Positions 22,837 to 34,589 of a stretch of 64,000 bases of DNA are shown in pieces (position 1 is the first letter of the stretch; each line of letters opens with the position of its first letter). The notes beneath the pieces are model-generated. The model had not been told where the DNA came from. It made no database searches and saw only the letters and a program-made list of their open reading frames with translations. The position numbers were made by a program, and so were the translations under genes. Source of the stretch: Stegostoma tigrinum (taxonomy: Eukaryota); assembly GCF_030684315.1 (NCBI RefSeq), contig NC_081400.1:3465795-3529794 (forward strand), read 5' to 3'.

Positions 22837-25143
22837 GGAAAGACCATGGTATGAAACCCCTCGTACAGAACAGAAAAAAGGGCCCTATCTGGTAACTGGG
22901 CCCAGCTGGCACCTTCCCCAACCGGCCAGGGGGCCAACGGGGACTGTGCGGGGAGATGACTGCCGGGGTATTTTCTTTGCTTTGTTTTTTTTCTTCTTTG
23001 TTTGTTTTTTTTTTCCTTTGGTTGGTGTATGTACCCCCTGGGTAACCCGAAGCGGCCTGCATGACTGGGTAGGTGTATAAATATGTTTTATTTTTTGTAC
23101 ATCTTATGAATAAAGTATATTTTTTCAAATTAAAAAAAGGTAACGAAACTCTGAAAACTAACCTTCCTGCTCAGCGAGCAAACTCACATCCAGAACCTTA
23201 ACCTGAGCTACAAGTCTTCTCAAAACTCGCTTCCCTGTTTCTCTATCTTTGTCTCACTCCCTCTCTCACACACATTCTCTTATCATCGATCACTGTCATT
23301 CATCTCTTTCCCTCCCTCTATTTTGTTCCCTCTGTACCCTATCTCTCTCCCACCTTTATCCAAACCACTAGCTTGTCTCAGATATCTCTCCATCACTCTC
23401 TCTCTCGGAGCCTCCTTGTCCCTATCACTCTCTTTCTCTCAAATCCCTCCTCTCAATCTTTGCCTCTCTCTATCTGGCTTGCTGCAGTCCTACTCTCCTT
23501 TAGTTCCAAATATCTCCATCACTCACAAGATGTCTCTTCCCCCCTTCCATCCCAATCATTCCATGTTCCTTTCTTTCCATCTCTCACACTCCTCCTTGTC
23601 CAGTCACTCCATCCAACCGCCTCTGTCACAGTCTGATTCTCTCTTAAGCACAGTCTCTGTCTCACCCTCTTCCACCTTGCACTTGGACCCTTCCTTTCTA
23701 TCTCACTGCGTTTCGGTGACTGCATTCTTCTAATATTCCATTGTCTGGCGTCATCTTCGTACTTTTCTTCTTGCACAGATGTGAAAACTGACGCACATTT
23801 CAACCGGTGTCGCCATCAGACTCAAGTCACTGCCCTCATGACTTACATTTTGGGGTCTGTTGTACTGAGTGAGTGCAGCACCCCCAGAGGTGTCTTCTGA
23901 TTGGCCCTGGGAATGAAGTTTCAAATCAGCCATAATCAACTGAGGAAGGAAGGACAAAATGTAGCCCAAGGTGGAGGAATATTTTCAGTATGTCTAATGT
24001 GTCTTGGGAACCAATATCCCCGGTTTGACCTTAGGAACTGCAGTTGGCTTCACACGAATATTAATGTACTTGCAAAGCTGAGGTGAAGGAGCTTTGCTGA
24101 TGCACACTCTGGTTTAAATCCCAACACTGGTTTAGTCAATCTCTTGATCAGTAAATCTGGAGTTTCATCTACTTCACGGTAATTGTGGTAACTGCCGTTG
24201 AATGTTACCCAAAAAAAAATCAAAGATTTCACAAATGGGGGAAATTAAGCTACCCTCATTTCCCCGGTCTCAACCTCCACATGACGCCAGACCCAGACAG
24301 CGGTGGGAGGAAGGGGGCAACTCAGATGTACCCTCGGAGGAAGCCAAGTGTCAATTAGGCATCGGCAGCGATGCTGGGCCCAGCTATGGAAGTGCATTCA
24401 AAGAATGAAGTGGAGTGGGAATAAATTCTGTCAGTAGGACCTTTCTGTGCTGCCATGTTCCCCCTGCCCACCCCCCGCCCTGCACCTTCCGTTATCATTG
24501 GTCTTGGTGCACCCACTGGCAATCTGTCTCTCTCTCACTTTGTTACTTTCCAGGCCAGTTAATGGAATGATCGATTTATTTTTAGATAATAAATACTTCA
24601 AGGCAGAACGTGGAGATATGACTTGAAGGAATGATCAGATTGAATACTGAACAGGTTTCCTTCTGCTTCAGGTTCCTGCATCATGCTCCTTGTCGCTCTC
24701 TGTTTTTTGTTCTATCTCATGGATTTGGAAGGGGCCTGTGAAATGAGGCTGGATGATGCGTTCTTTGTCTGTGTTCATCCCCCGCTGAAAGTTCTTCTGG
24801 TATCGTAAATGAACGGTGCGTAATGCTGACTGTGTGTGTACTGACAATGTGTACATGTCCAAGAGCGAACTTCAGCTGGCTTGTCTGGGAGAGTTTTTAC
24901 GTGGAGGAGTTCTCATGTTACCATGACAGAGATAGTGAGTCTGTATCATCCTTTCCACCTCATTGTAATCCTTTTTTATTCAACAGTTCACGTTCCCCTT
25001 TACTTGGCATTCTCCTTTCTTCCAAGTACACAAAATCTCTCTCAGTTTTCCTCCCTCCCATCCGCACACAGTAATCTCACACTAGACTGAAAATATGTCA
25101 GCAATTCAGCTGTGGGTTCCATTACGGTGTAAGCTGAAACTGG

Positions 25144-25174
<31 letters not shown>

Positions 25175-27254
25175 GCTACGCTGCAGTCTGCGTGGCAAAA
25201 TTACAGTTTGGTCATGTCGCTATTTCAGGCAGCAAGCATGAGCAGTCTGTTCAACTGCTACAGATGCCATTCTATGGCCTTACTCTACCCTCTGCCCTTT
25301 TGTTGGCCAGTTGTTGTGTCTTGGATGACAAAGTGTATACAATTTTTTTTCAGATACCGGAATGTGGTTAATTCACGACTCAACTTCAACAATTTACTTA
25401 GATATGAACATTTATTAAATAATAACAAAACATGAAAAAGAAAGGCTAAAGAAAGTAAGATGGCTCACGGAAGATAGAACATAGAACAGTGCAGCACAGT
25501 CCTGTACAGCAGCTCTGCCTTTGTGGACTCCTTGACGGACAGTCTGGAGTCTTCGCTCCATTCCTGTTACCTTTTGCATTCCCGGTCTGAGGCGAAGAAC
25601 ACTGACTGGGAACAAAACACTCTCTGTTATAAAGGATAACAAACAGCAAGTATAGAAAGGGCAGAAAGTTGATTGTGCCATCTCCAACACGTACAGAAAT
25701 GTTCACAGGGCTCATTCTAGGTCGTGTAGCTATTGAATATCGGAATCAATTTTAGCCTAAATCCAGACACAGTGTGCTGAGGGTTGGCATCGATATGTTT
25801 GGAAAGGTGATGAAGATATTTTGGGTTTCAGTGTGGGGTCCAAGAGCTGTTCGAGGATGGGACTCATCAACATTGCACAGTTCAAGTGCTGAGAGTCAGG
25901 GTCTCATTCATTCAGTCTAGAGGTGCTTAGGGCAGGGTGAGGGCAAGCAAGAAAGTTGAATGTGGGAGGCATCAAAATGCAGCCTGCTCCTGCTCCACCG
26001 TAAGCCAGGATGATGAAGAGACAGCTTTTAATTCCGTGTTGCTTCAGCCATTGGCAAAAGGGGAGGGAGCAATGCTGCATCATGGTGGCATTCCTGTCCG
26101 AGGCTTGTTCCCCATTCAACAGCTCCCGGGACTCAGCTACCCTGGAAGACCTCTCCAGAACGGGGATATTTATCACAACCTTCAAACCATCGATCTTTGG
26201 ATTTATGACCCTTTCATTAAGGGCCAATGGTGCATTGTCTCAGACCAAGAACAAAAACTCTCCTTTACTCATGACTATGAAATGAGGGGAAATTGGATGA
26301 TACCCATAGCTGGCCATTTGACCTGCTCCGTCTCTTCAAACCTGACTATTTATTAATTGACAACTTTGATGCAGGACCAATGAGTTCTCTCTTTTTTTAA
26401 ACCCAGTTGTGTATAATTTAAACGTAATCATTTCTAAGGAAAAAATACAATGTTCTGGAGATTTTCATCTTTCATTAACTCACCAGGGCAGGTGCAAGAA
26501 TGCCAAATTTGAAATGGAACAATAATATGCACTGAATGGAGAGCAGGATGAGTTGTATTCAATCAGATTACAATGTTGTTCCTTTGAGATTTGGTCTTCT
26601 TGAATCTAACCTGATAAATAAAACATGAAAACTGTGACAGCCACGTCTCCTTTAGCACCAAAACTGAGGTTCTGCACTGCCAAGACATTAGATTCAACAA
26701 TATAGACAACTATTCAACAATATAGACAATATAGACATACTATTTAAACATGCCCATTGTCTGTTCAGGTCTTCCCCCTAGCTTAATGCTATGATGTGAT
26801 ATAGCATGGGCAGGAGGCAATGAATCCAAATCAGCTTTTCTATCTCTGTATTGACAACACATTAAATTTAAAAATGCAAAGACCCTCAAAACTGACACCA
26901 ATGGTCCCTAACCATTTTTTTTTGAATGACCAATCCCAGACTTGGTGAATCATCAATTATCAATAATGCCAGTTTTTAATCACTTAAACAAAAAAATTAA
27001 CACTGAAAAACATTATATTGCCTTTCTGAGAGGAAAACTGAAGAACAAATTAAATGGCCTGTTATAACGAAAAGTCCTTTGTTTCCAGCCCCATTCACAC
27101 AAAAGACAGATTGACAAATGAACGCAGGAAAGGGTTAACTGAAAGACAGTAACAAAATTGGTCAAATTGTTTGAATTGATTTCATGGCGCTGTCGTCCCA
27201 AAGTCATCAATGATCGTTTCGTGATTGATTTGCTGAGGCCGTCAGTCTAACAGC

Positions 27255-27566
27255 TGGCACAGTGGTGCAGTTGCTGGCACCGCTGTCTCACATTGTCAGG
27301 GGCATGGGTTCGATTCCATGCTCAGGCAACTGCCTGTGTGGCATTAGCATGTTGTGTCTGTGTGGGTTTCCAATGCATACTCCAGTTTCCTCCTCCAGTC
27401 CAAAGATGTGCAGCTTAGATGGATTGATCATCCTAAATTGCACATTGTATTCAGAGAAGTGTAGGAGAGGTGTGTTATGTGGGAGTAGGTCTGCAACGCA
27501 TACTCAGAGGCTCAGTGAGTACTTTTTGGGCCAATCGGCATGTTTCCACACTGTGGGGATTCCTTG
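27255..27566 (+). mobile_element. Old HE1-type SINE
   Basis: GGCACAGTGGTGCAG...GGTTCGATTCC...CAGTCCAAAGATGTGCAG...TTCCACACTGTGGGGATTC. Confidence 0.75.
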
Positions 27567-29059
27567 AAAGTCTCATTTTACAATTCACTCAAATGAAGGC
27601 CGTAATAATTATGTTAGTTTAGTTTTCAACGAACTTCCAGAAGCTAATAAGGAAAGTCAGACATGGAATAGACAAATTTTCATGCTGTTCACACAATCTG
27701 AAAGCCTGAACACTCCCTGAAAGATTGGCAATCGCTTGTGCTATTTCCCACTTGTCATTTAACATCTAACATCTGCATGAGCACATGGGCTTTTGCAGGT
27801 TTGCTTGAAATAATTGACAGGTATTGATCCCTTTGCTGGCCGGTAAAATTTAGCTCCCAGGCGTGGCTTCAGGTGAAACCAATCCTTGTTTGGTCTGTTT
27901 TCCTTTCCCCAGAAGCTGCTACCACCGTCCAACAATCACCTTTAGCTCAAGCTTCATAGCTCCAATCAGAAATTGGGAAAAGATTAAAGATTAAAGTGAC
28001 AAAAAGTGACCAAGCATTCTAACAGGTTGAGTCTCGCTTCCTGCTCCTTCAGTGGATTTTGCGTCCCACTGACTCTTTTGATTTCTCTTGAAGCAAACAC
28101 CATTGCCAGTGCTAATACTATGAGATTATCCCGACTGTCACGCCCACCATATGATTGTTGGTGAGGCCAAAATTAAAGTAGAAAGAATGATGGCTTCACT
28201 GTTGCTGTGCAGTTCCATCTGGATACATCCCTGTGTCCACTTGAAAAAGGCACCCAGCTTGCATTGATAGACTCTGTGTGGAACGGGAAAGGTGACACTC
28301 CATATTGCTACGTGGAAGAACCAAGAGCTACCGGGTGTAACTGATGCCAAATGCAATGTGCTGCTCTTCACGACTGGTGGATTGTATCAAACAGTACATC
28401 CCTTTGTGTTTAATCAATGGGCATCATCCTGAACCAACTCAATAAATGTGGCTAAAACACAGAACCGATGGCGATGAGATTCCATAGTTGGAAGGAGCTG
28501 TCTTAATAATCCCACCTGAATTATGAATTACACGGGCAGGCAATTTAAGATTATTAGTCGCATTTGGAAAGTAGCTCCCTTATGCATGTTAGCTCCACAC
28601 ATATACAGAGGGGAAAATCCTGTCTTTTGAAGCCAAAACAACCATCCCTGTTTAATCTTGAAATAGCATCCACTGCCTCGTATTCATGCCTCACAGAGTG
28701 GCAGTAACGAATGATTATACGAATATTTACACATTGGATCTTGTTGTGATCACGGGGAAGGGTGGGTGGTTTCGTAGATGTTAGTGAATTTTCGATGGCA
28801 ATGCCTCAGCCAGGCAGAGCTGACAGACATCCAATCATTGCCCTTTTCTGCTGTGGTATAAATTGTTGCCCCCTCTGAAATGTAGTATTATTGTGTCTTG
28901 CCCTGATGAATAATGTAAAAGATGAAAGTGATTGACAACGTTGGTTTACGTGAGATACAAAGCATTGAAAGTGACCATTCAGCCCAGATGAGACCATTCG
29001 AGTGAGGATGCTCTGATCATTGCGTGTGAGGGGCAGAATACGACTGGAATAAGGAATGT

Positions 29060-32000
29060 TCACAATACTCCACTAACAGACATGAATAAAAGGGGCCTAT
29101 ACGAGGACCATGGTCTCTCCTCTAACCTGGACATCACGAGAGGAGTTGGAAGGGAATATGATGAGGGTGTGGACCAGCTAGGCCCAGCGGAGGAAGGTAG
29201 TGGTTTATGGTAACTGGCCAAGCCTTTTCTCAGGTCGGAGCCGAAAGCTTTAAGAACATTGTGGTGGTGTTTTGAACTGTAAAGAGATTGTATGCACATC
29301 ATAATGAGGAGGCGGTTGAAGCCTGCATATTGGAAACTTTAAAACTAACACAAAGTGTCAGAGGAATCACGGGTATACGCGGGCAGCGGATGTAGAGTAG
29401 AGAAGCCTCAGTCAAGGTAGGAAGAGATTGTATCTGTGGGGCAGGAGCATGCTGAAACAATGGGCCTGCCCGGAAAGTCTTGTTTCTGGATTTTTGAAAG
29501 AGTGTGGAAGCGTGCGATGCGGGGCTGGTGGACTGTTAGCTTGGAGGGAGTGTGGGGGAGGGAGATCACCACATGAAAGGAGACCAGTTTCCATCGTTGA
29601 CACGATGGCCTGATGTGTCAGGGTGTGGTCATGGTCCAGGGGAAGATATGAGAAGGTATCAGAGAGCTGACACTGAGACTTTAAAATGCAGATGTCAGAA
29701 TGCCAGACTGCAGCAGCACCTACCTTATTGGCAGGTTTCATTTTAAAAAAAGTCAGGGATAGATCTAAGCGTGTGGAGTGCAGATCGTTTGGAGGAGGAT
29801 CGTTTGGATTTGGTGAGGGAAGCAGAGAAAATGAGGCATCCGATGTCACATGGACAGTTCTCAATGAGCAGTTCGAGGCTGGACAAACATCTATAGTTTG
29901 GGGCCCAGGTGGATGGAGAGTGATAGAACTGAGCAAAGGGGTCTATGGGATGGGAAGACAACTCCTGTCAAAAGAATGGGAATGGAGGTGAATATAGTGG
30001 AAGAAGAGCTCAATATTATGCCTTGAGCAAAATATGTTACGATGTGGATACAGAATTGTAACGCTGCAAATTTGGCAAAATATATAACGTTCAGCATCAT
30101 TGAGCAGAAGGCTCGGTGGAATGATAAATACTCGACAGCGGTGGGGTTGGTGGAGGGGATGGAGTCAGCGGGAAGGGGAGGAGAGGAAGATTACAGAGGG
30201 CCATGCGTCACCCTGATTATTTGCACCTTGTGGGCCATGCTACCTGGAAGGGAAAGAAAATGTTTCATGTGCGCTTGACAAATTCGATATATGATGGACT
30301 GGAACTGCAGAGTGGTGCAGCCCTGAGCCGGTGTGCTGCGATGCTGCTGGAGAGAAATGTCAAGAGTATGCATGTGACACCGCGGGGCGCTCAGACTGGT
30401 TCTCAGGATGTGGCGAGAGCAGCTCTCTGTGGAATGTTGAATGTCATGGAGATGTCTATGATTCCTGGAGGATTCAAAGCATGAGGACTGAAGCTTTAGC
30501 TGGAATCCACATGGGATGATTCTGCGTTGGAGGCAGTCACTGGGGAATGTGATATTGCTGGGGAAACGAGTTTAGCAAATACTTGTCAAACAGGGAGAAT
30601 GACACTCGTTTGAACATCGGTGGCAAGAAGAAAGATTGGAACGCAATTTCCATCAGAGAGACATGTAGAACTTCTTCAAGTTGGGAATGCCTGGAAGAGA
30701 TGTGGCAGTGAGCAAAAAAGGGAATAAAGATTGAAAGAACTGCAGATGCTGTAAATAAAGAACGAAAAAAAACAGAAGTTTCTGGAAAACCTCAGCAGTT
30801 CTGGGAGCAACTGTGAAGGAAAAAAAACAGTTAACGCTTTGGGGTCAATGACCCTTCTACAGAACTGAAGGAAGCTAGCAATACGTCGGTTTATATGCAG
30901 AAGATAGGGAGTGGAATAGGTAGGGAGGAAATGACAAGGTAAAGGATAGATCCCAAACAGAGAAATGAGCAATTGGATATACAAAGGAGAAGATGCGATT
31001 TGGCTCGGAGTGTCAATAGCTAGTAATTGGGACTGGAAACATCTGAAATGTCCAAATTCATTGTCAACCAAGAATTCCCCGAGACCATTGTGGACAGGGA
31101 CATCAACTGGATCTGATCCCTTATCCTGCACGTTTGCCCTGAACACATCTCTTCGGTCCATCGACAGCGAAAGGGTTCCCCTTGTCTGGACTTACTATCC
31201 CATCAGCATCAACATCCAGAGGATCAACTGATGCTATTTCCACCAGATCCAGAAAAAATGCCACTACCAGGCATATATTCTCCTCCCCTCCCGTGTCTGC
31301 CTTCCGCATTGACCATTCACGCTGCACACCCTGGTCCTTTCATCTTTCACCCTCAGCAATACCCCACAGCACCACGGCATCACCACTTGCAACCAATGAA
31401 GGTGTAACATCTACCCAATAACTCCTCCTTCCTCACTATCCAGGGAAACAAATCGAAATTCCAGATAAAGCAACACTTTATGTTAACTTCCCAGAAGCCA
31501 TTTATAATGCATTCGCCACTCACAATGTGGTCTCCTCCAAATTGCTGAAACGAAGCACATACTGCCTGACTGCTCGCAGAACATCTCCATTCTGATAGCA
31601 ACAAAAGGCCATGAGCTTCCAGTTGCCTGCCACTGTAACACAGCACCTTGTTTCCTGGCTAACACCTCTGACCCAGTCTTGCTAGAGTTTTCCAGTGAAG
31701 CTCAGCACAGACTGGAAGAACAACACCTCATTTTCCACTTGGGAATTCTGCAGCCCTCCAGATTCAATATCGAGTTCAGTAATCTTAAGGCCTAAACTCC
31801 TCCATTTCCTAGCCCCCGAAATTGTACACCAGGTCTTGTGATCATTTAATCTGCCATTACACTCTTCTTGTCTTTAGTCACTAACATTCCCCATTGACAG
31901 ATATTCGTTCTTCTAGCCAGATCATTATGAACTCCTTCATCAATCCAATTGCCACACTCTTTCTTTAGGCCCTAATCTTTATGGTATAATTTATCCCCTG

Positions 32001-32530
32001 CCCCATGGGGAGGCAATGACCTTGTGGTAATATCACTGAGCTTGAAGATACAAGAAACAAGTCAATGTTCGGAGTTCATTTCCCTCCATGGCAGTTGAAT
32101 TCAATGAAAGGAAAATTTGGAATTGGGGAAACTAGTATAAAGCTTTTGCTGATTGTCAGGAAAAACCCATCTAATTCATTAATGCCTATTAGGAAAGGCA
32201 GCTGCTATCCATACCCGGTCTGGTCCACATGTAACTCCAGGCCCACAGCAATGTTGTTGACTGTCAATTGCCCTCTTTGGGCATAAATGCTTCCTAAAAG
32301 CAAATTCCCCCTTCACGTGAATGAGTAAAGGGAAAGGAAAATTCCCCCTGCCTGTCTTCGACATACAAATCGAATTTTTCTGAGCAACGATCTGTTCTGA
32401 GGAAGGGTCAACAGACCAGAAACATTAACTCTGATGTGTTACTTCACAGATGCTGCCAGACCTGCCGAGCTAATACACAGCTTCTGTTTTTGTTCCTGAT
32501 TAACAACATCCACAGTGCTTCCAAATTTTA
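29060..32530. mobile_element. Degenerate Penelope-like retroelement remnants in both orientations
   Basis: Minus strand near 29410-29470 translates GRPIVSACSCPTDTISSYLD (PLE RT). Plus strand 31165-31790 gives RVPLVWTY.P and a decayed GIY-YIG-like region. Terminal-repeat pieces at 30730-30870 (-) and 32390-32530 (+, CTGAGGA...GAAAC). Confidence 0.7.
32008..32330 (+). mobile_element. SacSINE1/Deu-type SINE
   Basis: GGGAGGCAATGACCTTGTGG head and core ACTCCAGGCCCACAGCAATGTTGTTGACT. Confidence 0.65.
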
Positions 32531-33069
32531 TTCAGAATAAAGCAACTCATTGCCTGTAAAACAAGTGGTGACATGCTGAGTTTGTGAAAGGTGCTATGCC
32601 AATGCAATCTCTCTGACTTGTTCTGGCTGAACTATCTGCAACTCATCAGGCGTGACATCTTGAAAGACTGAGACTGGAACTGAAAGTCAGAGTTGGACCC
32701 GATAAGGCAATTTTGTTGACAGCTCCTGGTGAATACTGATTTTGGAAGTTACTCGTTCTTTAATTCATAAGTTTCCATATAAACAATTGTTTTCTGACAA
32801 ATATGCCTCGTGATGAAGATATGGAGGACGATTTACTGGAATGTGATCAGGGATGAGCGGCTTCAGTTTAAATTTTGCCCTCTCCCATCTTACTCCTCAA
32901 ACTATTTAAGTTCGTAACATTTGAAATTTCAATCACCTTCCACGTACACAGATGCTTGATGCGTCCTTTAGCAAGAGGCTGCTAGTTCTGGGAACAGAAA
33001 GCAGATTTGATTTCGCTGAAGAATTTTCAGGGTTTTTAAAGGCACTTTCTGTCAATCACAAACTTCTTT

Positions 33070-34580
33070 GAGAATGGAGGAATGTATCGAGATAGGGACA
33101 GTTAAAGGGGCTGTAGGAGGTGGAAGAGACAGTGAGGAATGCAGGTGCTGGAGGAGGTTGCAGAGATCGGCAGGGACATACGTGTTGGAGGTAAAAATTT
33201 GGCGAGTTTGGAGAGGCTGTAGAGGGTTGCAGACAGTGTAAGTAGCCCCACTACATTTGGTAACAGAGATGGGGAGTGCTGCAGGAGCTGGAGTATGTTA
33301 CAGAGTTAGTGTGGAGAGTTCGGGCTGTCGGAGGGACAGAGGCAGAGCCATTGATTTCTTCAGCCCCGAAGCAGACCCTTTGGTCCATCGTATCCAGATC
33401 CGCTAAATATATCTCTTTCTGGTTGCCAGCAGTTGACCCATATCCCTCTAAAGGCTTCTGATTCATGTACCCATTCAAATACCTTTTAAGTATAATAATT
33501 GCACCGTGCTCTGCCACTTTCTTTGACAGCTCATTCCGCAGAAGCACCACCATCTGTGTGAAAACGTCAACTCTCAGGGCCCTTTTAAATCTTCTGCTCT
33601 CACGCTGTTAGTATCCCCTACACTGGGAAATATCTTTACTATTCATCCTATCAATGCCTCCTATGATTTTATACACTTCTATCAGTTCACATCTCAGCCT
33701 CCGACACTCCAGGCAGGAAAGCCCGAGCCTATTCAGCTTCTCCCGACAGCTTAAACCCTCGAAGCCGGACAACATCCTGGAGAATCTTTTCTGAACCCTT
33801 TCGAATAGAACAACTTATTTCCCACATCAGGTAAAGCAAAGCTGAATGAAGTATTCTAAAATAGGCCCACCCGATGTGCTGTAAAGATGCAAAATGACAT
33901 CCGAGCTCTTGTATTCAATGCAGTGATCAATGAAGGCAAGCATGCCCAGGTCATTCTGCACCATATTGTTTACCTGTGCCTCCACTTTCAAGGAAGTATG
34001 GACATGAGCATGTGCAACAATGTCATTTTATTTGTTAACAGTCCCCAGGGCCTCCCATTAACTCTGTATAAGTGATACCCTGACTTTACTTGCCCAAATG
34101 TAACACCTTAGCACAGTGTTAAGGCTGAAGAATGTTGCAGAGATAGAAGCACTTCTAGGGGTTGGAGTATGTGACAGAAATAAGAAGGTGTGACAGTTGC
34201 TGACGATGGTTAAACAGATGGGGAGGGAGAGTAAGGTCTGGTGTGGGTGACAGGAGTAAGGAGTGGCATGGAGGCTGGAGGATCTGAAAGACTAAAGGAG
34301 ATGTGTAAGTTTGGAGAAGTTACACAAAAAGACAGGTGTGTAAGTTCTGGCAGAGTTGGCAGATGTGCGAGGAGTATAGTGGCTAGAAGAGTTTACAGAG
34401 ATAAGGAGAGCTTTCGAGGCTGGAAAAAGTTTCAGAGATAGGGAGGTTTGAAGCGTTGAAGTGATTTACAGTGGGACGAAAGGTAGAGAAGATTACAGAA
34501 ATAGGGAGACTTTTGGGGCTGGTGGGTCTGACAGAGTTTGGGAGGGGTGCAGATTTTGGAGGGGTTTGCAGAGATAAGGA
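33070..34580. repeat. G-rich satellite at the start of unit B, interrupted by a minus-strand CR1 fragment (about 33350-34110)
   Basis: Same GGAGG..ACAGAGAT units; the internal segment resembles a CR1 3' end in reverse. Confidence 0.7.
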
Positions 34581-34589
34581 GGCTAATGA

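Larger units (their letters stand above)
17960..23138 (+). mobile_element. Near full-length Tx1-clade (L1 superfamily) non-LTR retrotransposon, inactivated
   Basis: ORF1 with CCHC knuckles; ORF2 with APE endonuclease, RT and C-terminal Cys motif; T-rich 3'UTR, AATAAA at 23109-23114, A tail at 23132-23138. The 5' limit is 17960 if the target-like segment is included, otherwise about 18019. Confidence 0.9.
17674..23229. mobile_element. Second Penelope-derived palindromic element, split by the Tx1 insertion
   Basis: Left arm about 17676-17832 is inverted against 17860-17959 + 23139-23194; tail to 23229; TSD CTTCCCTGT at 17665-17673 and 23230-23238. Confidence 0.8.
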
